A DNA stretch of 64,000 nucleotides, taken from Candidatus Vogelbacteria bacterium. Lineage in GTDB: Bacteria; Patescibacteriota; Minisyncoccia; Phycocordibacterales; JACOZG01. The notes under the pieces were generated by a model. That model had not been told where the DNA came from. It worked only from the letters and a program-made list of their open reading frames with translations, and did no database searches. How positions within the stretch are numbered: the stretch's first letter is position 1; the number at the start of each line of letters is the position of its first letter. Positions 1 to 9,100 of this stretch are shown here, piece by piece. Where the stretch lies: positions 25,130 through 89,129 of the forward strand of contig JAZDGA010000001.1 in assembly GCA_043807405.1 (NCBI GenBank). The letters run 5' to 3'. The position numbers were made by a program, and so were the translations under genes.

Positions 1-598
1 CTGGAGGGTCGATGTAGAGAATATAATCATTGGGACACCAAGGTTCTTTCAGGCGCATAAATTGCGTGAAGTTCCACTCTTGGTGTAGTTGCACCATACA
101 ACGCACCCCCAAATGACTCTCGCCATCTCGCAAGGTTGTGCCGGGAAAGCAAACACGCCAATTGCCAGCACCAGGCGAAACCCAACTGGTCGGAATACGT
201 TCACAATTTTTCCGAAACCAATCGAAAAGACAAGCGTTGCCCAAACATTGGTCCCTAATCCCCCGCTCCCCTAACAATTTGTCTCCCCGAATAGATTTCC
301 CTTCGACTTGTGAGGGCGATCGGTAGAGCTTAATTTGTCCCGGAACAAAACGCCATCTTTTGTACTTTTCATGTTTATAGACAGTTAATTTGCTGTCTGG
401 CAGTGGTTCCACGCCGAGATCAATGACTGATTCCAGAGGGCAAATCTCCATTCGACCCGCTAGCACTTCTTTTATCGCTAGCAAATTCCCCGGATCTATC
501 AAACTTTTCGTAAGCTCTGGCGTATAATTGGCCCCACGCAACGCTCGCTGAATTTCCACGGCCAATTCTAGCTCCGAACGAAACTCATCATTGTCCAT
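1..598 (-). CDS. hypothetical protein; C-terminal part runs off the left window edge (first ~199 aa visible)
   Basis: Own minus-strand translation from ATG at 596-598 (MDNDEFRSELELAVEIQRALRG...). GGGAGG lies 5 nt upstream and the frame stays open to position 1. Absent from the ORF track because no stop lies in the window. Confidence 0.55.
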   Translation of the reverse strand, partial: MDNDEFRSELELAVEIQRALRGANYTPELTKSLIDPGNLLAIKEVLAGRMEICPLESVIDLGVEPLPDSKLTVYKHEKYKRWRFVPGQIKLYRSPSQVEGKSIRGDKLLGERGIRDQCLGNACLFDWFRKNCERIPTSWVSPGAGNWRVCFPGTTLRDGESHLGVRCMVQLHQEWNFTQFMRLKEPWCPNDYILYIDPP

Positions 599-701
599 CC
601 GATCCTCCCTTCTCATTTTGTAAATGTCCTGTTTGTCCAAAAACTGAACCAACCCTAGCAAATTGTTTCCTAAATAGCAATTTTATGATTACAATAGAGG
701 G

Positions 702-1835
702 ATGATTGAATATACGGCCTCACTTGATGAGGAAAAGCGTCTTCTGGCAAAATTAGCCCAGCGCGAAGACGCGGAGGCGAAGCGTCTTCGGCATTATCTT
801 AGTTTGCCAGATTTATCGCGCGCGACCGACAGTCCCCTTCATGCCATTGTCGAGCAAGTGAAAAAAATGCCGTTGTTCCAAAACTTCGACCTTATCACCA
901 TTCCCGAAATCGTCTCGGCTAAAATTAGTTTCGATTTATTTAATTTCAGCTCCGACCATCCGGCGCGCAGTCACTCCGACACTTATTATGTTGATGAAGA
1001 AAATATTTTGCGGACTCACGACACGGTGATGTGGCATTACTATCTCAACGAACCGAAAGTTAAAGAGCAGATTGCGACTAACCAACCCATCGGCGTTTTA
1101 TGTTACGGCAAAGTTTATCGTAAAGACGAGATTGATCGGCGCCATTTGAATGTCTTCCATCAGATGGGCGGACTATATTTAGTGCCTGATTCTCACCCCA
1201 CTTTAACTATTGATGATTTGAAAAAAGTTTTGACCGATATCACTCACCACCTATTTGGTCGCGAGGTTAATTTCCGTTTTACTGCTGAAACTTTCCCCTA
1301 CACTGATCCGAGTTTGGAAATTGAGGTCGAGCAAAATGGACAATGGATTGAAATTCTCGGTGGCGGGATGCCGAAGCAAGAAGTGCTGGCTAATTTCGGT
1401 GTGAAGGGTTACCACGGCTGGGCCTTCGGCTTCGGTCTCGAACGACTGGCTATTTTGAGCATGGATCTGCCGGACATTCGACTCCTCTGGTCGGCTGATC
1501 CGCGAGTAAAAAAACAACTAAGATTGGGAAATCAATATCAAGCCGTTTCTAAATATCCGCCGATTACGCGCGATATTTCCTTCATCGTGCCAAACACTTT
1601 TATTCCGAATAATTATTTTGATCTGATCCGCGATCTGGGTGGCGATTTAGTGGAAGAAGTGACACTCTTAGATAAATACGAAAATCCCACCAAGTTCGGC
1701 GCCGGGAAAATGAGTTACACTTACCGGATTATTTATCGCCACCCTGATCGAACATTAACCAACGAAGAAATCAACAACCTAGACGAAAAAATTCGCGCCC
1801 GCACCGCGAGCGATTTCGGAGCCACACTTCGTTAA
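702..1835 (+). CDS. pheS: single-chain (mitochondrial-type) phenylalanyl-tRNA synthetase: PheS-like catalytic core fused to a C-terminal FDX-ACB anticodon-binding domain
   Basis: Class II core motifs (YRKDEIDRRHLNVFHQ, GWAFGFGLERLAIL). The C-terminal ~95 aa (YPPITRDISFIV...MSYTYRIIYRHPDRTLTNEE) resemble the ferredoxin-fold anticodon-binding domain. No pheT is adjacent. Confidence 0.8.
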   Translation: MIEYTASLDEEKRLLAKLAQREDAEAKRLRHYLSLPDLSRATDSPLHAIVEQVKKMPLFQNFDLITIPEIVSAKISFDLFNFSSDHPARSHSDTYYVDEENILRTHDTVMWHYYLNEPKVKEQIATNQPIGVLCYGKVYRKDEIDRRHLNVFHQMGGLYLVPDSHPTLTIDDLKKVLTDITHHLFGREVNFRFTAETFPYTDPSLEIEVEQNGQWIEILGGGMPKQEVLANFGVKGYHGWAFGFGLERLAILSMDLPDIRLLWSADPRVKKQLRLGNQYQAVSKYPPITRDISFIVPNTFIPNNYFDLIRDLGGDLVEEVTLLDKYENPTKFGAGKMSYTYRIIYRHPDRTLTNEEINNLDEKIRARTASDFGATLR

Positions 1836-1904
1836 AGCAAAAAGAAAACCGCCCTACGCACTTGCAGGACGGCTTGATGAATAGATTGAATTCACTTCTG
1901 AGGA

Positions 1905-2168
1905 TTAGAGATCCCAATCCCATCCAGATAAGTCGAACAACCATGCCGAAGGAAGGAGGCATACGAAACTCCCTACCCCAATGGCACAAACAGCAAGAAA
2001 CCTCGACGTTGTTTCAGGATAATGAGGAGTGAGTCCAGTAAAAACCATAAGACTAAAAAGGACCCCGAAGAGTGAAGCCACCACCATGACGAACGAAACT
2101 AGAAACAAGACAGTTTGCAAAACCCTCATTACGACTAAGTAGAGAACTCTGCTTATCCTCATATCCAT
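1905..2168 (-). CDS. small membrane protein (87 aa), hypothetical
   Basis: ORF track entry with 2-3 hydrophobic helices. AAGGAG sits just upstream of the ATG at 2168. Confidence 0.5.
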   Translation of the reverse strand: MDMRISRVLYLVVMRVLQTVLFLVSFVMVVASLFGVLFSLMVFTGLTPHYPETTSRFLAVCAIGVGSFVCLLPSAWLFDLSGWDWDL

Positions 2169-2284
2169 ACTCCTTTTGTTGTGAAGATCTAATTCTGGTT
2201 TGCTTGCTTAGGACACGCGCCAAGCAAGATATTTTCCTCTTTCAACCTAGCATAAAGGGTACTTATCGTCAATAGACACTCCAG

Positions 2285-2357
2285 AGCCAGCGGTCGGGCT
2301 TGAACCGACGACCTACGGTTTACAAAACCGTTGCTCTACCAACTGAGCTACGCTGGC
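2285..2357 (-). tRNA. tRNA-Thr (anticodon UGU)
   Basis: Manual 73-nt cloverleaf: GCCAGCG TA GCTC AGTTGGTA GAGC A ACGGT TTTGTAA ACCGT AGGTC GTCGG TTCAAGC CCGAC CGCTGGC T. No encoded CCA. Confidence 0.9.
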
Positions 2358-2380
2358 AAACTTTGTGGCAAAATCGAGAA

Positions 2381-2782
2381 CTAACGAATCTTCGCGCGGC
2401 GGGTCATCTCCTCTTTATAATCCTTGATCTGCTCGAGAAAGAAAGACACCGAGCCACGGTGGCGATCACTGGGTGTCTGTCCACGTCCGCGCACGGCATC
2501 AATGAGTAACGCAAACCGTTTTTCGATTCGAGTTAAAACCGCGCGTCCGAATGAAGCAAGCGTGTGCAAAGCCACTAAAAAACGAATGGATAAATGTCTG
2601 ACAATATAACGAACTGCCGTAATCAAACTGTGAGCGGTGGTCGCGATGACCGGTTCTAGAATTTCACTCGCCGATTGAGAAGTGAAGGGGAGATTAGTCG
2701 GACGTTGGTTCTCGAGAATAATCAAACCGAGCACCGCGAGCGAGCTAAAGATAATTAAACTAATAGAAATTATGAGTAACAT
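2381..2782 (-). CDS. hypothetical membrane protein (133 aa)
   Basis: ORF track entry with an N-terminal TM helix (MLLIISISLIIFSSLAVLGLIIL). Lies between tsf and the tRNA on the same strand. Confidence 0.5.
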   Translation of the reverse strand: MLLIISISLIIFSSLAVLGLIILENQRPTNLPFTSQSASEILEPVIATTAHSLITAVRYIVRHLSIRFLVALHTLASFGRAVLTRIEKRFALLIDAVRGRGQTPSDRHRGSVSFFLEQIKDYKEEMTRRAKIR

Positions 2783-2788
2783 AAAATT

Positions 2789-3250
2789 TTAACTATCAGC
2801 CCGCGCGTCGAGACGATGCCAAGCGCCAATCTCGATTCGTTCGCCAAACTTCTGAATCGCCCCCTTAATCAAATCGGCGACGGTTTGATTGGGATCTTTG
2901 ACAAAAGGTTGAGCCAGAAGTTCAGCGACATCCTGTGGTCCCATCGCGGCAATGTGCATCGCCAGATCATCGGCGAGTAAACGGAAATCTTTATTCTTGG
3001 CAACGAAATCTGTTTCAGATTGAAGTTCGAGCAAAGCGCCCAGCGTGCCCGTCGAGTGGACATAAGCGCTCACCGCGCCGGCCCCCAAGGTCCGCGACGC
3101 CTTCTTGCCGGCGATCTGCTCGCCCGCCGCCTTAAGCCATTCGATCGCCTTATCTTCATCGCCCGTCACTGCCTCGAGCGCCCGTTTGCATTCAGCAATC
3201 GAAATACCCGTTCGGTCGCGAAGGGTTTTAATTTGTTTGGCCGAAATCAT
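2789..3250 (-). CDS. tsf: translation elongation factor Ts, unusually short (153 aa)
   Basis: N-terminal UBA-like motif IKTLRDRTGISIAECKRALEA and core LLELQSETDFVAKN. The start overlaps the rpsB stop (ATGA), the classic rpsB-tsf arrangement. Confidence 0.85.
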   Translation of the reverse strand: MISAKQIKTLRDRTGISIAECKRALEAVTGDEDKAIEWLKAAGEQIAGKKASRTLGAGAVSAYVHSTGTLGALLELQSETDFVAKNKDFRLLADDLAMHIAAMGPQDVAELLAQPFVKDPNQTVADLIKGAIQKFGERIEIGAWHRLDARADS

Positions 3251-4005
3251 AAGGACAATGTCAGCACCGGTGATTCGGCGGTGACAACGGGGGCAACGAT
3301 CGGCGTCTCGGCGAGTACTTTGCCCGACTCATAAGCCGTGGCGAGAGCTTCAACGAAATATTCGATACTCAACACACTGCCATCATTACCGACAATCGGA
3401 TAATCAACTAAATTTAAGTTGCAATCCGTGCTTGAGATACTTACGACCGGCACCCCAACTCGTCGCGCTTCGGCCACCGCGATTCCTTCGGCGTCCGAGT
3501 CGATAACTAAAACAGCGCCGGGTAGTTTGGTGAGAGAAACGAGACTGGCAAAATATCGTTCCAAATCTTGGATCTCCTTATCCAGTTTCGCGCGTTCGCG
3601 TTTGGTATAAATTTTGAAACCGCCACTGGCGCTCTCACTCTTCAGCGCTTCCAGACGATCAATCCGCCGACGGATCTCGGTAAAGTTTGTGAGCGTTCCG
3701 CCGATCCACCGCGCGGTCACATAAGGCATGCCAATTCGGCGCGCGACACGCTCCACCGCCGATGACGCTTCGGGCTTCGTGCCGACCAGCAACAATTGCT
3801 TCCCGCTCTGGCCGACTTCTTTAAGAAAATCTTTCGCTTTCTCCAAAGCTAAAATCGTCTGGTCCAAATCAATAATCGTCGCCTTGTTTTTAAAACCGTA
3901 GATGTACGGCTTCACCGATGCGTGCCGACGCGACCGCGAATAACCATAATGCGCTCCGCGCGCAAAAAGTTCCTCAATCACCGGTGATTCAACCTTATTT
4001 ATCAT
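3247..4005 (-). CDS. rpsB: 30S ribosomal protein S2
   Basis: GAHYGYSRSRRHASVKPYIYG...IIDL and VGTKPEA motifs. Start moved to the MINKVE Met (ATG at 4003-4005). The 58 upstream codons in the track overlap a promoter and terminator. Confidence 0.9.
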   Translation of the reverse strand: MINKVESPVIEELFARGAHYGYSRSRRHASVKPYIYGFKNKATIIDLDQTILALEKAKDFLKEVGQSGKQLLLVGTKPEASSAVERVARRIGMPYVTARWIGGTLTNFTEIRRRIDRLEALKSESASGGFKIYTKRERAKLDKEIQDLERYFASLVSLTKLPGAVLVIDSDAEGIAVAEARRVGVPVVSISSTDCNLNLVDYPIVGNDGSVLSIEYFVEALATAYESGKVLAETPIVAPVVTAESPVLTLSL

Positions 4006-4012
4006 ACTCGAG

Positions 4013-4041
4013 AGTATAGCAAGCCAACCAAACTTTGGCAA
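4013..4041 (-). promoter_or_regulatory. sigma70-type promoter of rpsB-tsf (TTGCCA-17-TATACT), ATG 7 nt after the -10: leaderless mRNA predicted
   Basis: The minus strand reads TTGCCAaagtttggttggcttgcTATACTctcgagtATG. Confidence 0.55.
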
Positions 4042-4043
4042 AC

Positions 4044-4077
4044 AAAAAAAGAGGGGCGTAGCACGTGGCCACACCCC
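4044..4077 (-). terminator. rho-independent terminator after the 4181-4642 gene
   Basis: Minus strand GGGGTGTGGC-cacgt-GCTACGCCCC (10-bp stem with G-U pairs) followed by TCTTTTTTT. Confidence 0.55.
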
Positions 4078-4180
4078 CCCGTTGGACTTAAGTCCGAACC
4101 TTACTTCTTGTTGACGATCTTGCCGATCTTGTCTGCCGCCGTTCGCTTTCGCTATTAAGCGGCCATGTTGTGAAAACAAC

Positions 4181-4642
4181 CTACTCCCTGGTCATTCCCA
4201 CCATTTTCTTGAGTCTCTGCAAGAATCCTCGTCTCGGCTTCGGATTCAGGTCGTTGCTGGCGCTCCAACTTACACACGAATGGATGAGATGCATAATGCG
4301 ATCACGTAGCTCCATCACATCCTTCGCCGAAGTACCCTGCACAGTGATGGTTAAGCGCCGAGAATTATAGCGCATGGTACCATTTTGACTATCCCGTTCA
4401 AACTTCTTGAATTCGTCCCGATACACTTGCCCCTGTGCTTTACCGAGGTAGAAGAAAGCTTCCACTGGCTCTCGAGAACTGCTTATCGTGCTAAATGGAA
4501 CCGGAAGCGAGGATGAGACACTAAGTTCTGTCCTCCAGCTCACTATCATCCCCTCTGGGACAACATAACCGCTTGGCAGAGAAACTAGCTGGAGCTTGCG
4601 CGCGACAATTCCGTCGCTATTCAAAAGGACTAGACTAGACAT
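4181..4642 (-). CDS. hypothetical protein (153 aa)
   Basis: ORF track entry. AGAGGAGAAG Shine-Dalgarno lies upstream of the ATG at 4642 and a terminator follows downstream. Confidence 0.55.
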   Translation of the reverse strand: MSSLVLLNSDGIVARKLQLVSLPSGYVVPEGMIVSWRTELSVSSSLPVPFSTISSSREPVEAFFYLGKAQGQVYRDEFKKFERDSQNGTMRYNSRRLTITVQGTSAKDVMELRDRIMHLIHSCVSWSASNDLNPKPRRGFLQRLKKMVGMTRE

Positions 4643-4829
4643 TGTACTTCTCCTCTTTTTGCGTCGCCTAGATTCCGTTAGACTTTTTCAATCTATCCGT
4701 TCTATGGTCGACTAGTTGGGAATGAACACTATCGCTAGCCACGCTAACGATTTCTACCCATAAGGCTATCATACCTAGTTTCAAAAGTCAAGCTCACGGA
4801 GGGGTTTACTAAAAATACGGCTCAACTGG

Positions 4830-5813
4830 TTAGTTATTTGGCAAAGAGCCGGCCGTTTGCAAAGCCGTGATAATCGGTTCAATGTCGCCGGCGAAAATGC
4901 GATCGAGGTTGTGCCAAGATTGTTTGAGACGATGATCGGTGACACGATCTTGAATGATATTATAAGTTCGGATTTTCTCCGAGCGATCGGCAGTGCCAAT
5001 TTGATTGCGCCGTTCGAGCGCTGCCGATCCCGCCACCGCTGTGTCGTGAATCGTTGCTAATTTATTACGCAAAATAAGCATCGCCTTATCCCGATTGCGG
5101 CTCTGGCTTCGTTCACTCGTACACCGCACCACCATCCCCGACGGCTTATGCGCCACTCGCACCGCCGTCTCGACTTTATTGACGTTCTGCCCGCCTGCGC
5201 CGCCGGAACGACTGAAGGTCACTTCAATATCGCTGGGATTGATTTCAAAAGTGGCAGTTTGGCGAAGCGGAATAACTGCCACGGAAGCGGTAGAAGTGTG
5301 GACTCGTCCGAGTTTCTCGGTCGCTGGTACCCGTTGAATTCGATGGACGCCGCTTTCGTAAAACAAAGCTTTGTCGGCGCCGGAGCCGGAGATTTCGAAA
5401 GTGACTTCTTTATAACCACCGAGTTCCGTCTTCGATTCCGAAAGACAAGTGAAGGTCCATCCGCGAATTCCGGCGTAACGTTCATACATTTCGGCTAATT
5501 TCGCCGCAAACAAGGCCGATTCTTCACCGCCCGCGCCGGCGCGAATCTCTAGAATCAAATTGGCCTTATCAGATTGGTCAACACCGCCAATAGAGTTTCC
5601 CGAGTTTGCCTCGCTGGCGATAATTCGTTCGGCTTGTTGGTAAAGAATTTTCTCTTGCTCGGCCAACTCGCGCGTTTCTTCGGTCGCCAATTCTTTCATC
5701 GCTTGATCACTCGTCGCGAGCCGCTCAAGTTCGGTGATTCGCGCGCGAAGCCGTCCGGCCGCCGTCGCCAGATAAGCCGTCTTAGGATTGTTTCGAAAGA
5801 TCGCCCATTCCAT
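4830..5813 (-). CDS. prfA: peptide chain release factor 1
   Basis: GGQ motif ([17 protein letters not shown]) and the RF1-type PxT tripeptide (RVPATE). Start set at MEWAIF; the longer track ORF would overlap rpmE further. The exact start is uncertain. Confidence 0.85.
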   Translation of the reverse strand: MEWAIFRNNPKTAYLATAAGRLRARITELERLATSDQAMKELATEETRELAEQEKILYQQAERIIASEANSGNSIGGVDQSDKANLILEIRAGAGGEESALFAAKLAEMYERYAGIRGWTFTCLSESKTELGGYKEVTFEISGSGADKALFYESGVHRIQRVPATEKLGRVHTSTASVAVIPLRQTATFEINPSDIEVTFSRSGGAGGQNVNKVETAVRVAHKPSGMVVRCTSERSQSRNRDKAMLILRNKLATIHDTAVAGSAALERRNQIGTADRSEKIRTYNIIQDRVTDHRLKQSWHNLDRIFAGDIEPIITALQTAGSLPNN

Positions 5814-6078
5814 GTGAAGTCTTGGTGTTCGATTTGACTCGCGGTTTTTTGAGTTTTTTGGTCGCGCCAATTTCGGTACTTTTCACGCGCCGTTTCTTGA
5901 ACTTCTCCACTCGGCCGGCGGTGTCGAGAATTTTATCTTGGCCCGAGAAAAAAGGATGGCAAGTGCTACAAATCTCGATGTGTAATTTCGGCAAAGTTGA
6001 ACCCACGGTAAACGACGCGCCGCAGGAGCAGGCGACCGCCGCTGTTTCGTGATAAATTGGGTGGATATCGGTTTTCAT
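5782..6078 (-). CDS. rpmE: 50S ribosomal protein L31
   Basis: [23 protein letters not shown]...[10 protein letters not shown]...GRVEKF, a typical Zn-ribbon L31. Confidence 0.9.
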   Translation of the reverse strand: MKTDIHPIYHETAAVACSCGASFTVGSTLPKLHIEICSTCHPFFSGQDKILDTAGRVEKFKKRRVKSTEIGATKKLKKPRVKSNTKTSHGMGDLSKQS

Positions 6079-6102
6079 AAGACTTATGACTGTAGCAAAA
6101 AA

Positions 6103-7458
6103 TTAATTATTTTGCAACGGATCAATCATATTCAGTTGAATATCCGACACTTTTGCCATCACCTGCTTACCATAAGAACAACTGGCCCCGCCAGTGCCAT
6201 AATATTTGCACGCAGCGCCAATTTCGGCAGTATAACGACGACTGCTTGCGCCCAAGTCCGAGAGATACAGCGCCGTCGCCATAATCGCTTGTTCCGGATT
6301 CCAGGGATCAACTTTATCGCCTGCCAAATTAGCTAGTTGACCAATCCGATCTTTAAATAATTCCCAGGTGGACGGAATAAACTGTGATGGCCCCATCGCT
6401 CCGCCATAACCGCGATTGGGAACATAGCGCGCGCCAGGTGGACAAGAAACTGGAGTCAATTTCCAATCGCGACTTAATCGGCTAGTAATGTTTCGGAAAG
6501 GGACGGTGTCGCGCGGCGCTTTCATCACTTTCTCAAATGGCGTACCCGTATTTTTCCCCACGCCGTCGCCCGTTTCAAGACTAGAGAGAATGCATGAACC
6601 TTGATTTTCGCCTAAATTAGACTCTTGGGTTAAGATCGCCAAAATTAGAGCCGGTCGAACTCCGGTTTTCTGCGATGCCTTAGTGGCGTAATCAAGAGCT
6701 TTGCCAAATGGAATCGCCGCCGTGTCACGAAGGGCGAAGAGCGCCACGCGAATCTGGGCGGCGCGTTTTTGCCGTTCTGACAGCACATTTTTATAATTAA
6801 CTTCCTTATTTTTAGTAATCGAGAGCAACTGTTTTTTCTCAGCTTCTTTCTTTTCAATCAATCTCTTTTCCGCTTCGATCCCTTGTCTGGCGTCAATCTC
6901 GGCTTGTTGTTTATCTTCCAACACCACCTTTGCCTCCTCGGTATCAGTCTTCGTCGTTCGCATTTCGGCAAAAGTTTGATGAATCGCATCCTCGAGATAT
7001 TGGTAAGAATCGACCTCATTAAACAAGTTGGCCAGAGTATCCTTCTCAAAAAGTAATTCCACGATCGTGTTCTCTTCGGCGTTGCGCCGTTTACGCAATA
7101 ATTCCGCCAACGAAACTTTGATCGTTTCAATTCGATCGGTTAATTCAATAATCGTTCCGGCTTTTTTCTTAATATCACCACCCAAACGCGCAATTTCCAG
7201 CTGGTGTTGTTTAATCACTAATTTGGCTCGGTTAATTTGACCGTTCAAAATATCGACATCGCGTTTAAGCGAGGCCCCTTGTTGTCGAGTGACTTGCAGA
7301 AGTTTCGTCTGAGCGTCAATTTGTTGTTCAACCAGTTTAAGTTCGCTTTCTAACGCCACCTTGCGTTCGGCCACTTGATCGGCGGTTTGGCCAAAAGTCA
7401 GTGTTGCGACGAGCAACACAGTGACAACCATAAAAAAACTAACCCGCCGTTTCATCAT
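6103..7458 (-). CDS. secreted coiled-coil protein with a C-terminal MltB/SLT_2-like lytic transglycosylase domain
   Basis: Signal/TM helix at the N-terminus and ~230 aa of heptad-rich sequence. Catalytic-type motifs LAILTQESNLG and YGGAMGPSQFIPSTW. Confidence 0.75.
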   Translation of the reverse strand: MMKRRVSFFMVVTVLLVATLTFGQTADQVAERKVALESELKLVEQQIDAQTKLLQVTRQQGASLKRDVDILNGQINRAKLVIKQHQLEIARLGGDIKKKAGTIIELTDRIETIKVSLAELLRKRRNAEENTIVELLFEKDTLANLFNEVDSYQYLEDAIHQTFAEMRTTKTDTEEAKVVLEDKQQAEIDARQGIEAEKRLIEKKEAEKKQLLSITKNKEVNYKNVLSERQKRAAQIRVALFALRDTAAIPFGKALDYATKASQKTGVRPALILAILTQESNLGENQGSCILSSLETGDGVGKNTGTPFEKVMKAPRDTVPFRNITSRLSRDWKLTPVSCPPGARYVPNRGYGGAMGPSQFIPSTWELFKDRIGQLANLAGDKVDPWNPEQAIMATALYLSDLGASSRRYTAEIGAACKYYGTGGASCSYGKQVMAKVSDIQLNMIDPLQNN

Positions 7459-7470
7459 TGCGACAGTATA

Positions 7471-8142
7471 TCACATGGGTTCTTCAACCACCTTTCCATC
7501 CTCGCCCACCACCGGTTCTTTCCCGCGCTTCTCCACTTCGATCGCCGAGAGATCCACCGGCGCTTCTTCTTCAACTTCCTCTTTCGCCACCGAGATCCCG
7601 GCGACCACTTCATCTGGTTTGTGAGTCGTCGTCACGCCCGCCGGTAAAACTAAATCTTTAACTAAAATCTGACTCTCGAGCGTCGCCAGTGGAGTGACAT
7701 CCACCGTAATCCCGCGCGGTAAATCTTTTGGCAAAGCTTCGATTTCCAATTCATGAAGCACCTTGAGTAATATTCCGCCGAGTTCCTTCACCGCCGGCGC
7801 GAGACCGGTATACTCGATTGGAATTTTAATTTTAAGCATCACATCCTGCTCAATCACATAAAGATCAGCGTGAACTAGTTCACTATTAACCGGATGATAA
7901 GCCACTTCGTGAATCAAAACGCTTTTCTTCCCCGCAGGAGTAGTGAGTGTAATAATTGACGATTCGCCGGCTAATTTGAGTACTTTTTTGAAATCCGCGA
8001 GCGAGACAAAAAGCGAAGTCGGCTTGTCTTTATGACCATAGACCACGACAGGTAAACGCCCGGCACGGCGCTCTTTTTTCAACTCCTTGCCAAAAATTGT
8101 CCGTTCTTTCGCTTCAAGCGTAAACATCCCTCTATTATGCAC
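7471..8142 (-). CDS. rplY: 50S ribosomal protein L25/Ctc
   Basis: FTLEAKERTIFGKELKKERRAGRLPVVVYG and PIEYTG motifs. The track start at 8142 is GTG; the ATG at 8125-8127 (MFTLEA) is the more likely start. Confidence 0.85.
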   Translation of the reverse strand: MHNRGMFTLEAKERTIFGKELKKERRAGRLPVVVYGHKDKPTSLFVSLADFKKVLKLAGESSIITLTTPAGKKSVLIHEVAYHPVNSELVHADLYVIEQDVMLKIKIPIEYTGLAPAVKELGGILLKVLHELEIEALPKDLPRGITVDVTPLATLESQILVKDLVLPAGVTTTHKPDEVVAGISVAKEEVEEEAPVDLSAIEVEKRGKEPVVGEDGKVVEEPM

Positions 8143-8162
8143 AGATTTAAAAAAAAGAAAAG
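8122..8162 (-). repeat. copy 1 of a 41-nt direct repeat: native rplY -10 region, SD and start codon
   Basis: aaacatccctctattatgcacagatttaaaaaaaagaaaag matches 8682-8722 at 39/41 positions. Confidence 0.85.
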
Positions 8163-8195
8163 GCGCACGATTAAACAGGGTTCAATGAAAGATAA

Positions 8196-8420
8196 TTACG
8201 CTGTTTGTCTTTGCCTTGCCAATAATTTTTGCGATTTTTGAAAAAATGAACTGGCTTCAAGAATCTCGACAAGAACAGGAATATGGTTCTTCGAGTAATG
8301 CACAACAAAATTCCCAGCCTCTTCAGCATAGTCAATCGGCTGAGACGATACTTCCCAACTCATCACATCAGCTTCCGACTCATAAGAAACCTTCAAATTT
8401 TTGGGCATTTTATTATTCAT
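8196..8420 (-). CDS. DUF2283-family protein (putative antitoxin partner of DUF4258)
   Basis: LKVSYESEADVMSWEVS...VVHYSKNHIPVLVEILEAS resembles the DUF2283 pattern. It overlaps the upstream DUF4258 gene by 4 nt. Confidence 0.7.
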   Translation of the reverse strand: MNNKMPKNLKVSYESEADVMSWEVSSQPIDYAEEAGNFVVHYSKNHIPVLVEILEASSFFQKSQKLLARQRQTA

Positions 8421-8671
8421 AATTTTTCGTATTGGCTACGACGACCCGGATAAAATGTTATGATGACCTGATCATCATCTTCTTCTCGATATACTACCCT
8501 CAATACATGTCGCTCGTCAATTTGTCTTTGAGCAATTAGGAGGGGCAATCGGCTATCATCAACTAGTTCCGGATCATCTACTATTGATATAACTAAGTCC
8601 CTAGTAACTCTAAAACCGTGCCTGGCCAAAACCATAAATTTTCGTTCGGCATGTTTAGTGAATCTGGTCAT
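8417..8671 (-). CDS. DUF4258-family protein (putative toxin)
   Basis: MTRFTKHAERKFMVLARHGF...VVYREEDDDQVIITFYP. Start trimmed to the ATG at 8669-8671; the longer track ORF runs into the duplicated rplY promoter. Confidence 0.7.
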   Translation of the reverse strand: MTRFTKHAERKFMVLARHGFRVTRDLVISIVDDPELVDDSRLPLLIAQRQIDERHVLRVVYREEDDDQVIITFYPGRRSQYEKL

Positions 8672-8681
8672 GACACTACAC

Positions 8682-8722
8682 AAACATCCCTCTATTATGC
8701 ACAGTTTTGAAAAAAAGAAAAG
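8682..8722 (-). repeat. copy 2 of the 41-nt rplY 5'-end repeat, now placed as promoter/leader of the DUF4258-DUF2283 cassette
   Basis: aaacatccctctattatgcacagttttgaaaaaaagaaaag. The relic ATG TTT GTG TAG reading frame stops after 3 codons. Confidence 0.85.
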
Positions 8723-8772
8723 CCCCTTGAAGTGATCGCGGGGCTTCATAGATCGAGAACTTGTGTTAGGTC

Positions 8773-9054
8773 TCAACTTTTTTCGCAATAACACAAACCA
8801 CTTTCATCGGGGATACACACATGCTTGTGTCCCGATTTTCTCCCCGGCAAATCTGAAGCCAAAATATCCTCCGAGCCAACAGTTATTGGTTCCGGGCAAC
8901 CGTTGAAGAAATGGCGTCTGATTTCAGCTCCAGTCACTGGCCCAGTGACGCCAGCATGATTGAACAGAGCGGTATCTCCCTTCGGGCAATCACACGGAAG
9001 ATCATTGTTTCCAGTCTCGATTATTCCAGTATCACTACATTTTTCACAGGTCAT
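8773..9054 (-). CDS. small Cys-rich protein (93 aa), hypothetical
   Basis: Strong AAGGAGG upstream of the ATG at 9054. CxxC...CDC and CxxxxxxxCxC clusters suggest metal binding. Confidence 0.55.
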   Translation of the reverse strand: MTCEKCSDTGIIETGNNDLPCDCPKGDTALFNHAGVTGPVTGAEIRRHFFNGCPEPITVGSEDILASDLPGRKSGHKHVCIPDESGLCYCEKS

Positions 9055-9100
9055 AAAGACCTCCTTTCTTATTTCAAACTATCATGCACAAATAAATTAA

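Noticed and set aside
4006-4179. 58-codon N-terminal extension of rpsB in the ORF track (similar extensions for rpsK 28355-28504, gap 20100-20177, hicB 18704-18760, DUF4258 8672-8794, ZIP 37710-37772)
   Set aside because: The extensions overlap promoters, terminators or upstream genes and have no homology to the respective families. Internal Met codons coincide with the conserved N-termini.
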